Origin: Rhodosorus marinus CCMP1338
Lineage: Eukaryota > Plantae > Rhodophyta
Direction: 5' to 3'
Length of the DNA stretch: 64,000 bases
NCBI GenBank assembly: GCA_029953675.1
Contig: JAMWBK010000011.1
Location: 248,001-312,000 of the forward strand
Shown: piece after piece, positions 12,301 to 22,700 of the stretch
How positions within the stretch are numbered: position 1 is the stretch's first letter
Layout: each line of letters begins with the position of its first letter
The notes under the pieces: model-generated
Seen by the model: only the letters and a program-made list of their open reading frames with translations
Database searches by the model: none
What the model was told of the DNA's origin: nothing
Made by a program: the position numbers and the translations under genes

Positions 12301-13038
12301 TCTTCTTCGGTGCAGACGAAGTGCTGGAGTTCTTACCTCCAGGTGAGAGATCCCAATAACATCAGCGAAGGACTTGACAAAGTCAACGGCTCGAACCACC
12401 TCCTCCGGTACAGAATCTCTGGACAACGATTGACGAAGACAGTTTAGCTGCTTCAGCGAGCGGAACAAAAAGCTTGCCGTAGCCGTTTACTTACCTTCCC
12501 GTTTTGTACTCTGGAAAAAGAGCGCTCCGAAAGTCGACACCCTTGACAAGATGTCTCCCATCGAATACAATCACAACGGGCAGATCCCTTCCGGCATAGT
12601 CTCCGATCAGCCTCAGGATACGCCTGAAGAAGACAAACACGGTACCAAACGGAAGCTCCTTCCCTGCGCTGGACAGATTGGTCTTGGACGACGAATAGTA
12701 CGCTCTGAAGATCAAGTTCATCGCGTCCACCAAGTATATTTCCTTCCTATTGTCCGCTCCCTCCCGGCGTCGTTCTCTCGACAGAGCTACACGGACCGAT
12801 CAGAGAGTTTGGAGAAGTCCAAACAAAACGAAAAGAGCTTAAGAATCTCAACGGAATTCTGAAGGATGCGTCTGGGATGATGAACTCGTACTCTCGTTCG
12901 AAGCCGATCGCATCTCAGCAAACGCCGCTACGAGCTGTTTATCCGTAAGACCCGAAAGCTGATTCTCAAGCTTTACGGTTTCGGAAACCACCTGATCCGA
13001 AAGCACGTCTCCAACGTCCACATTTTGACCTTTACCTT
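9325..13038 (-). CDS. polA: Family A DNA polymerase I-type enzyme (5'-3' nuclease, degenerate 3'-5' exonuclease, intact polymerase), multi-exon; 5' end probably lies further upstream
   Basis: 5'-nuclease motifs LVDAMNLIFRAYY, VVIVFDG, PGYEADDVIAS, STDHDFYQLL and GDKSDSLPGLRGFGEK. Polymerase motifs TGRLSFSRPNLQ, motif A GADYEQIELR, motif B RNHAKAV|NFGIPYG, ERQAAERVAVNMPIQGTQAD and motif C LQ|VHDELVFE (intron 9481-9558). Stop at 9325. In-frame exons continue to an acceptor near 13039 with no obvious start codon. Confidence 0.92.
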
Positions 13039-13427
13039 CTCGAATCTCAATCTCTTCCTACAAGCCCAAGCAGAAAGGAGATCAGGAACGAACGAGATGT
13101 CAGCTCATGATCAGCGCCAGTAACTCAAAAACGATAAAACGCAGATCCTCTGACACCGCTCTACAGCACGAAGCAACTCGTTGATACGGAGCGCATAGTC
13201 GCTAGCGTCAAGGGGAGATGCCATGACCACTCAGAGAACCGAAACTGAACTATCGGTCTTTTCTTCTTTTTTTTCGCTGTGAATCCAGTAACCAGTCCAC
13301 GCGTTTCGACCACAGCATCAACTTCTTCTTCGCGATGGGGCTTCGCTTTGACGGACACGAGAAGCCAATCGAACATGTTGTCTTTCGTTCATCCAAATGT
13401 CGATACGGACGACATGGTCAGCGAGTA

Positions 13428-13960
13428 TCAGAGGAAGAGCCACGGCAACTCAGAGTACTCAAACTGAGTACTAAGTGAAGCTTCCCCTTGGAACGACTGC
13501 TTTATTTGCAAGACCAGTCCACGCTTTTCGTGTTCGAATTCCTGGCTTGAATGGTCAACGAGGTTTCCGTTTGAACTCAACAGGGACAGCCCGTCCCCTT
13601 TATGTCCAACTTTTCTGCTGGGTTCGCCAAAGAGTATTCGCATTGAAAACGACAAGACCGGTCCCACGATGTTCGTGCTCAACTCCTTGGCTTGAGTAGT
13701 CAGCGAGGTTTCGCCTTGAACGTGCTCTCAATGCGACCAGCTCATTCATTTGCTGTTCTACTTCCTGGCTTGAGTGATCGATGAGGCTCCGACTTGAACC
13801 CAGCAAAAGGCAAGCTCACGATCTTCGTGCTCCACTTCTTGGCTTGACTAGTCTGCCAGGTATTGCGGGGAATCCAGTTTTTCTCAAAAATACCAATCCA
13901 CCCGCTCTGCGTTCAACTCAGTGGCGTGTGGCTCCGCTTCCGGTTCGAATTCTTGGCTTG
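13428..13960 (-). repeat. Degenerate coding-type tandem repeat, consensus L(A/I/V)D(H/Y)SSQE(F/V)EHE.R.LV, about 5 copies
   Basis: Repeated TCAAGCCA(A/G)G(A)A core on the minus strand, visible in ORFs 13600-13806 and 13428-13682 and upstream (ETSQEFEPE; LAD*SSQEVEHE). Confidence 0.7.
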
Positions 13961-14043
13961 TCTCGTTCCCAGTGGTCTGGTGCCGCATTCGTGCCTGAGT
14001 TTTTACGGGACGAAAGCCCCGCTTGCGTACTGAACGACAGCTT

Positions 14044-14857
14044 CTAGTTGTGCGGTTCTGTGCCTAGAAGAGTGTACAGTTTGGGTTGATTCACACGTAC
14101 CGATCGCCTAACTAGGGTCTCGCTGGATTCGGCTATTGCAACGTTGAGCTTTGCTGGTTTCTTCTGGACAGATTTGAGGACGTCTTCGAGCAGCTGATTC
14201 ACGTCGGCGAAGTTTTGCATCTTCCTTGAAGCGCTCTTTGGTCCGAACCCCTTCAGCTCGCTCAGCGCAATGACGGACGGGACTTGCCCTGGTTCAACTC
14301 CGGGAAAGAGGCTGTTGAGGTGGATCTTCGTCAGCTCCTCTCGTTCGAATGAATGTGAGGGCGACTCATAGTTGAGCTTGAGTTGAAAGAGCTTCTTCCC
14401 ATCCGCTCCGAGGAGCTGATAGACCCCTGGGTTTGTGGAATAAACCTGGACAACGGAGCAGAAAGTCGCCGAAGCGATCAACTAGCGCTCACCTTAGTCG
14501 GACTATCGATGGGTTTGGACGGTTTACCTCGAGATCCTCATCGATCGCTGCTGAGCAGACCTTGAACAGTCCCACTCCATTCTGAAGATTCCATCCAGCC
14601 GAGGCAATCTCGCCTTCGGCAACGTCGCCTTTACCATTAACCAAAACCACCCGTCGCTTCCCCACGCACGTCCTCGCAACGAACAACAACGCCGAGATCA
14701 GAGACAGACGACCCTCGGAGAACGGCGGACAGCTCAAATCCACCACAGTCGTCGGAAAACCACCCGCCTGAGCCCTGACGATACATAAATTCCGCCATCC
14801 GCCCTGCCGACCACTCCGACGGTGAGGATAGAGACGAACTGATGAAAGGAATCCCAT
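14044..14857 (-). CDS. Plastid-presequence-bearing degenerate Pol I 5'-3' nuclease module; separate gene or N-terminal part of the Pol I gene
   Basis: MGFLSSVRL... presequence. TVVDLS and VVLVNGKG align with YLVDAM and VVIVFDGRH. VYSTNPGVYQLLGAD aligns with IISTDHDFYQLLGCD. ALSELKGFGPKSASRKMQNFADVNQLLED aligns with the H3TH of the neighbouring Pol I. Splice sites are tentative. Confidence 0.6.
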
Positions 14858-14899
14858 CAAATTCCTAACAGCGTCCTCTTAGCCAACGCCATAAGGACC

Positions 14900-15750
14900 A
14901 ACAAAAACCGAACAAAAACAACTCAACCAAAACACTGTCTCCGTTTCTAGTCAACTCAAATTGTCTCCCCATGAAGAAGACAGCATGGAAGACTATGACT
15001 TCTACCTCCACACCAAACAGTTGGTCAGTGTTAGGACAAGACTCCTCAGAGCGAAACCAGTTCGGCCCCAGAGCATAGAGAGCACGGATTCTCACGCTCG
15101 CGATGACTTCGATAGAACGGCGAAGCCTAGAGTCAAAGTAAGGCTGTCGGGAGGTGCTCACAGATTGGCAGGTTGATTTGGCAACAACTCGACAAGTGGG
15201 TCGTTGTTGTTTCTAGAGCAACCTGGCAACCCCTGAGAACCTTACGACAGCCTTTGCTTTGACTCCATTCTTTGGCTTCGCTTTCACACTGCTTCGCAGT
15301 TCTTGGCTTGCTTCGAGTAAGAGATTCAATTCATCTGAATGCTTTTCTGAACCCAAAGCTGTCGCGATCGTCGATTAGCATGACGATGGCACCAGAGTCC
15401 TACTGCGGCCAAGGCTCGGATGGCTGCGAGCCGCCCTGACTTGATTTTGTATTTTCGAAGTAGGCATCTTTGAAATCTGCCGGAGCTCAGCTCTAGTGAA
15501 GAGTTTGGTCGTTGGGATTCACATCCAGACCGAATGGATCGACCGTGGTTGGGTCGGCAGGTTTCCGCGACTCGCGTCACGGTGAGTGAACGAGAAATCG
15601 ATTTCTTCGAAGCATTAGCTTGATTAAGGCGAGGTGTACGGATGTATACCTTGCTCGACAGTGCTCGGTTCTCTCAGGTCGATGCTCAGCAAAGATCAGC
15701 TCGTGTTTGGTCGTGAAGAAACGTGCAGTCTCTGAACAGCCTGTCGCTCA
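14900..15750 (-). other. Unassigned exon-like sequence
   Basis: Protein-like segment SEKHSDELNLLLEASQELRSSVKAKPKNGVKAKAV followed by a GTAAGG donor at ~15240-15345. No family recognised. Confidence 0.25.
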
Positions 15751-15908
15751 ATCTTGTTCGGGAAGATAGATACTTTTCACGTGTATGTTTTGCACAGAAC
15801 TGTTCGGAAAACCTCGACGAGCTAGCATAGAAAGAGGGGCGACCCAACTACGCCGCGCTGTTAAAAAATAGATATGCGAAGCCACTGGCTCCATCCGGCC
15901 CCTTCTTG

Positions 15909-17870
15909 TCAGTCGTCTCGATCGGAGATCCCAACCACGACCAACTGTTTTCCGCTTTGCTGATCGTCGACTTCGGATATCTCCTGTCCGCTCTGGTCCC
16001 TTCTTCGTGAGCGGAGAGCGTGAATCCACTTGCTTACGTTCCTCGCAGAAAGCGCTGTGAAGACTATACCACAAGAAAACCACTGCCAGGAGCTCAGCTT
16101 CGTACCAATGACGAAGGAGGATACCATGACGCTTGAAACTTGCTGAACCTGCGGCAAGTGACGATACGGAGAGAAGCATAATGTTAGATGTGTGAGCGCG
16201 GAGAGACGAGAACTAACTCCAACCACAAGCCAAGTTCACTACGTCCGCAACTACAGCAGATGGTCTCACGTCTGCTGAGTTCACCAGCCTGACGAGACGT
16301 GTTCGAGCAGAACAGTGCCGGTCTTCTTGCGCACAGACGCAGCCTCATCGCTCCGCAGGAGCTTTTGTACATCTCGACGCTCACAGCAGACTTTTCGAAA
16401 GTTGTCAGGGCTTCGTAAGACAGCCGTGACAAACCGAAAGCGTTGATCTAGCGCTGATCATAACATTCTGTGTGCCTTTCACAAGCCTAGTGACCGAGCA
16501 CTAGCTTCCGCTCACGCTATCATCAGATACGAACCACATCGCTCAAGACTGCCTCGTCCGCCAGAGCTTCCAAAGACCTTCGTGACAGACTGAATCGTCG
16601 CTCGGGCGCTAATCGTCCCAGTCTGAGCGTTATCCGTAGGTGCGCGGCCTGAGCAATAGCTTCCGCTCATTGCTATCATCAGATCCGACCTCAGCCTCGT
16701 CGACACTTATCAGAGTTCCAAGAGACGGCAATGACAGGCGCGATGATCGTAGCAGACTGAGCGCTAGCGGGAACTACAGCTTCCCGCAAAACCCAGGTTG
16801 GAGTGTCATCGTCCTTCGAACGTGTCGTTCCGAAGTGGATGACCTTCTACTTGTATGAATCGTCCGGTGCGGTGTTCGAAAACGGTATCATCTGTTTGTT
16901 TGAGGAGGATAACTTACTGTGATGACCGTCCCGAAGAAGACTGCACCAAACTCCTTAATCGTCGAAGTAATGAAGAATTGTGCGGATACGGCCCCCAGGG
17001 TGAGGAGGCAGAGCTCCCTTGCGAACTGCCCACTGGAGCTGAGAAGCGACAGTGAGGATCGGAGTGCTCCTCCGGGGATGCAGCTGAGCAAAGACAGGAG
17101 CCCAGAGAACAGGTTCACGTACAGCATCTGGCTGTTCGACGAGAGTTTGTATCCGAGGAAAAGTCGCTCCTGGTACGCCATGAGGAGAGAATCGAAGAAA
17201 ATGTTTCCAAACATCAGCAGCAATCCAATCCAGCTGTTGCCTTCGGTAGCTACTCTGGATGAGATGTTCCCGTTCATGAAAGATGCAGTACCGAGTCCAA
17301 CTAGAACCTTGAGAAGCAGCGCGAAAAGTAGCACAAAAACTCTCAGTTCAACGTAGAGTAAACTCTCGACAGAGATTTGTATTGAAATGTTTCTGAGGCA
17401 GTTGGGAGGCCGCTGTTCTCCTCATTTCTTACCGCCGAAGAATAGTCGATGGTTGTATACGTCCTCTTGGAGAGCAGAGCGGACAGCACCATGACGGGAA
17501 TCAGTTTTGCGCACTTCAGGAGCGCTTGAGTAGGCAGTGAGATCCATTTAAGTGCTTCATATTGACAGGTCGTGGCCAGGAGGTTGGCGACAGAGACGAG
17601 AGGAAAACGATCTATCGGCGCTTGAGGAGCGAGCGCGCGTACGCCGCCGAACGCCACCAACACAACAGCGGCCGCCGCTGCCGCTGAGAGACGATTAGAC
17701 AGTACCAAAAAGCCTGTTTCTGTGAACAACCTCTCCTCGCCCTTCACGACAAACGGCCGGGTCATGATCCGCTCTTGGCAATACGAGTACGTCACCAAAG
17801 ACGCCACGATTCCAATCGCGTACACTACACCCTTCCATGGACTGGCGGCGCCTACTGGAACTGATCCCAT
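15909..17870 (-). CDS. UAA-family nucleotide-sugar/PAPS transporter (SLC35B-like), 3 exons
   Basis: QERIMTRPF, FLVLSNRL, CQYEALKWISLPTQALLKCAKLIPVM, FFDSLLMAYQERLF, QMLYVNLFS. The last exon joins as VIT|VQQVSSVMVSSFVIGTKLSSWQWFSCGIVF across intron 16149-16917. Confidence 0.85.
16480..16760 (-). ncRNA. Candidate intronic structured RNA pair (two ~155-nt related units)
   Basis: Direct repeat ATCTGATGATAGC..TGAGCGGAAGCTA.TGCTC at ~16495-16530 and ~16650-16686, each folding into a GGAA-capped stem, inside the 769-bp intron. Confidence 0.35.
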
Positions 17871-18845
17871 CGCTACTCAACCATCTCTCCAGACCATCTC
17901 CGCAAAGCCAACTCGGGCTCAAACCCCAAAAACTTTTCAAAGCACTTGCAAACTGTCTCAGTCGATCGATTAGCGCTATTCCAAACTGTCAGAAAGTCTA
18001 TGTCATCGAACTGCATGAATTGCTGCAAGAGCTGCTCGAGAAGAAAACAAAAAAAACCAGTCACGTTCGGATTGATCGAGGGCGTCTGTCAGGCCTTCTT
18101 CATCAGGACTTTTGGAAATTGTTTTCATCAGTGGGGAAGCGTTTTCAATGGGTTCCGAGCATCTTCAGCAGATTAGAATCTCGAAGGAAGGTATTCACGG
18201 CTTGAAATTTACTTTCTGTCACACTCCGAGGTCAGGAGCGTCTTCTGGGAGGCTATCTCCAACCCAGGCGGTGTTGAGGAACGGCATCGATCGGAAAGCG
18301 GAGGGTGAGGACCGTTCACAGAGGGATCAGGTAGTGAGTGGGTAGTAGCGAGTGCCAATACCGGTCAGTGTGAGCAAGTACCTTCGCGAGCTGCGCATCG
18401 TCATCAAACCCTTCTGCAGCAAATGCACGTTCTTCTGCGTCAAGGGAAATAGAAGCCGAGGATGCTCGAAGCTCCGTCTCGTCCAATCAGTTATAGCATC
18501 AGAACACGCGGGTCTACAGACCTGCACGGAAAGATTTCGTTCAGGTGTCCTGCACTACACCATGGATGAGGATTGACCCCTTTGCCGTAGTCGACAGAAC
18601 TGCGAGAGGAGGTTTCGTTAGCAAGCATCCACCCTTAATTAAACATTGAAAAGCTAGTTTGATTCCTGGCTTCTGTATTCGATATGACAACCAAGTACCG
18701 TCACCCAACGTTTAGATCGAAAAGATCAATAAGGATTGTCCAGACCTCCCCCCCACACTTCACAGGTTAACGAAGTGTTTACTATTTAAAAAATTACATA
18801 TAAGTTTTACTATTTAATTAGATACAGAATGGTTCTTTTGTTGAA

Positions 18846-18919
18846 ACCCGTGTAGCTCAATAGGTTAGAGCATCAGTCTTATGAGCTGAAGGTTGCGAGT
18901 TCAACCCTCGCCATGGGTA
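18846..18919 (+). tRNA. tRNA-Ile (anticodon TAT), intronless
   Basis: Full cloverleaf: acceptor ACCCGTG/CATGGGT, D-arm GCTC/GAGC, anticodon arm TCAGT-CTTATGA-GCTGA, T-arm GCGAG-TTCAACC-CTCGC. A T4 run follows shortly downstream. Confidence 0.92.
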
Positions 18920-19444
18920 CATAGTTTTCAGACTATCGAGGGTTTAGCTATGTACTCACACCTACTGCTGAGGACTGTCATGTTTCTTTTTCTGTTGCTA
19001 GACCGGGGGGCTCGCGTAGCTCGACTCGTATTTTCGTTGCCGGCCCCTTGAACTGCATGCGCATGATTGCTGCGCCGGTGGGCTTTGATTTTGTTGGTGT
19101 CCGAGAATACCTCTTAAAAACCTTACAGTACCCCCAGCAACAATTCACCACAGCTTGTCTGTTTCCACATGAGCTGGGCTCATAGCAGGTTGATGACTGC
19201 GTTTAGTGAGGGATCTGAAACCCCAAAGAGGATTTGTTCACCAAACCTCTGTCACATGGATAGAGTAAAAGCTGAGGTCCCAGCCTGCCCAATGTAGTCT
19301 TAAGAAATAGAATAGTGGATGAATCCCATAGCGGCGGAAGCGGCCAAGTTACGCACTGCTTTCATAGAGATTTTGTGTTGGATTGGCAGAATAATTATTT
19401 ATTGCTTCTACTGGTCTTCCCCTGTGCAAATTATTTTTCATACA

Positions 19445-19732
19445 GTCTCGCAGACGTGGAGATCGAGCTCTCGACGAGAGTCTCGAGGAGAGGATTAGGT
19501 TTCCTTGGATAAAACTAGGTATTGATGCCATTGCCGCCTGGAACGCGGTCATCAGCGTTTCTCTTCGTGTCGGCCCATGTCTTGCCAACTGTCTCGCAGA
19601 CATGGAGATCGAGCTCTCGACGAGAGTCTCGAGGAGAGGATTCGGTTTCCTTGGGTAAGCTAGGTACTGCTGCCATTGCCGCCTGGATCGCGGTCAGCGT
19701 TTCTCTTCGCGTCGGCCCATGTCTTGCCAACT
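19445..19732. repeat. Tandem duplication (146 + 142 bp) covering the last codons and 3' flank of the pseudo-polymerase gene
   Basis: Units start GTCTCGCAGAC at 19445 and 19591 and both end CTTGCCAACT. Confidence 0.9.
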
Positions 19733-22700
19733 CCGGTTCGAGCCGACATCGAGACAAACTTTGGAAGGCATAAGACATTTTTCATTTCAAAGTCAACAAG
19801 CTCCAGCATTTCCTGTGCGTGAGCCTCGCTGGTTTCGAATACCAATTGCGCTCGATCCTTTGAATTGCCAGTGCCAGATAGGAAAGGGTCAGTATTTATT
19901 CACGAGGAGGAAACCATTCCCAAGTCGCACGCGTACCTGAAACACGAATCTCGCTTCAACTCCTTTAGCTTCGCAGCGCTCCAGTATCCTCAACAGCGCC
20001 TGCTTGACCACGTCTGCCCTTGTACCGTGCCTGATAAGCCTGCTGCATGTTTTCCTAAGCTCTGCTCTCTGTCGATGGGGCCTGGTCGTGTCAAAGTCTA
20101 TGGGCATGCCAACACCCCTAGGGAGCTCCTTCCCTACGCGTGCTGACTCTGGCACCCTCACGTGAATCTTCCTTCCGGTCATCGTGTCCAAATGCCCAAA
20201 CTTCCTCAAAATCATAGACGGCTTATCATTAACCTTATCCAGACTTGCGAGCATTCTTCGGGCTCGTTCCACAGCCTCTGCGTCGTCAGCCAGACCCTCC
20301 AAGGTCGCAACCGATCGCTTATCAGTATCGCATTCTATGACCAAGTCAAGAAACGTGCGAGCCACTTGCCTCTGCTCCTCGCTAACTTTCTCCGGCCTCC
20401 TAGCAAATAAGTAACCGGCTACAACCCGGTCGGGCTCCAAACTCTCGCGAAAGGCCCGCATCAGGTACGGCTCTTCTGAGTATGAGGCGAAAATTCTCCA
20501 CTCCAGATCTTCAAACTCCGTATGTACTATCGACATTCCTTTCTCCGCCACTAGACCATTCCGCATGGCGTCCTTGGAGTTTGCCACCTCGTCAAGAATC
20601 TTCAAGTCTCCTCCTGCATCCAAAGAAGAGTACAAATCCGCCTGCAGGTTAACTTGCGGATGCAAGCGTTCAGAGGCCTGGTCGAAAAAGTCATCCAGTC
20701 GTTCCTCGAGCCCACGCAGAGCTTTATATTTCTTAAGAAGATGACGAGTGCTCTGCAAAGCATCCGCATCCAGCGCTTTCTCGGAGTCAGCAGAGGCGAG
20801 CACTCTCTCCATCTTTGAGACGCTCACTCTCTTACGCTCCCGAAACTGCCGTGTCATTTTCGTCTCGAAAACTGTCGGATTCTGTTCGAGCTCGTCCAGG
20901 AGAGTTTGTGTAGTGGACCTCAGAGCCACTGCTACGTTTTCGCCGATTAACTGTGCAGTCCCCCTAGAAAAGCTTACGCCCTTTGACTCTAGCTCTCCGG
21001 CGACTGAGGAGAGGACAGATTCCTGCTCGTCTACTACCTTCATCAGACCATGTCGAACAATCTTTTCCACTGCAGAGTCCTTGGCGACGATTGCCTTCTC
21101 CGCCTCCTCGATAAAGTCCGCCTCCAGCTCGGCTTGCTCCTCTTCGGTAAAGTCCACTTTTGGATCCTTCATCGACCTCTTAGTCCTCCTCTCAAAGGTT
21201 GGGTTGAGGAGCAGTTTTGCCGACAGCAGGTCGCAGGGACTGCCAATTCGGATACCCCACTTATTGTGCAGGATCTTACAGTCTTCCTTCAGGTTCCAAC
21301 TCAACTTGCCAATGTCTTCCCGCTCTAGGAGCTGCTTAACCAGTGTTAAAGTATTGCGGTCCTCGTGCTCGAAAGATATAAATATGCTCGAAGATCCACT
21401 TTTGGAATCCTTCGTCATCTCTCCGCCAGCACTAAGCGCAATACCTTTCTCATGTGCGCGAATTCCGATGTAGTCCGCAGAGTCCAGAGTCGTAAGGATC
21501 GCGAGGATGCTACTATCATCACTCTGCGCCTTCGGGCGCGGCTCAAGTACTTCGGCCTCAGCCACTGCAGATACTTCTACCACGCTATTTTCGAGACGGA
21601 TACCGACGGATCCACCTTTTTCTTGCGTTTCGGGCATTGCGTCGCATTGAACAGTATCGACCTTATAGTCAGTCTGTGCCCATGCACTGGTGAGCTCGTT
21701 CTCCGCGGATTCTACTAGTCTTTCGATCTCCACAGTCGCCAGGGAAAGCTCCTGAGCGGCCTCCAAATCGCTTGCCTTCGTCTCAACCCTTTCGCTTGGC
21801 ACCTCGACATCTTCGCTGGAGGCGGGTTCCATCTCAAACGCAGAATCGTTTAGGCACGGTGAGGTGGCGGGAACATTGTCAAGCGCGTCTGACGGATCTT
21901 TAACCTCGCTCACAACCGCAGCTCCCACCACTTCCGTATTTGTTGAGTATTGGTCCTCAAGTTCCTTCGCTGTTGGCTCAACAATTTCAACCATAGCGTC
22001 AGTCTGTACCAATGCACTGGCGAACTCATTCGCCACGGATTCAAACGATTTTTCGACCTTCACACTTGCCAAGGAAACCTCTGTAGCAGGTTCCACAGCG
22101 CTGGCCCTGGTCTTATCCATATCGACAAGCACTCCAGCTTTAACCACTTCCGTGGTCATCGAAGGTTGATCCACAAGTTCCTCTACCGTCGGCTCAATTG
22201 AGCTGGGACGCATATCAGTCAATGGCTCGCTAATATATGAAGTTTCCTTCGCCTTGACCTTGGCCAGGTCGTACTTGAGCAAAGGGACATCCACCAGCAA
22301 CCTCTCTATCTCGAGATCCGAAAGTGTGACTTTTGTAAAGCTTGTCAACGTCCTAAAAAGAAGCGGATCTATTCCATCCCACCCTGCGGAATTGACTGCG
22401 TGCTTGTGTCTGAATTTCATTATCGCCGAGTAAGCCTCAGACCCCTTTTCGTACCCAGGAGGCCATGTGCCCATTACCTTGCTGTCCAACAAGGCCACTC
22501 TGACCGATTTCGAATACCCGACTTCTTCGGCAGCTTTCCAGAGCCAATACAGTTCGCCCGGAACCTGTGGGCGATCTTCACAGAATCGTTGGCGATATTT
22601 AGCTCGGAATTCGCTCGCTTTCTTCTGCAACAACCGCGTCCGTCCTGGGCGCAGCAAAGAGTCCAACTTTAGCCTCGGGCTCAACAAGGAAACCTTGTAC

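Noticed and set aside
9325-13038. Bacterial contamination or prophage suggested by Pol I
   Set aside because: The gene has many GT-AG introns with branch-point-like motifs and is flanked by eukaryotic genes.
16495-16690. Hammerhead ribozymes (CTGATGA followed by a stem)
   Set aside because: The GAAA that must follow stem II is absent in both units, and no stem I/III cleavage triplet was found.
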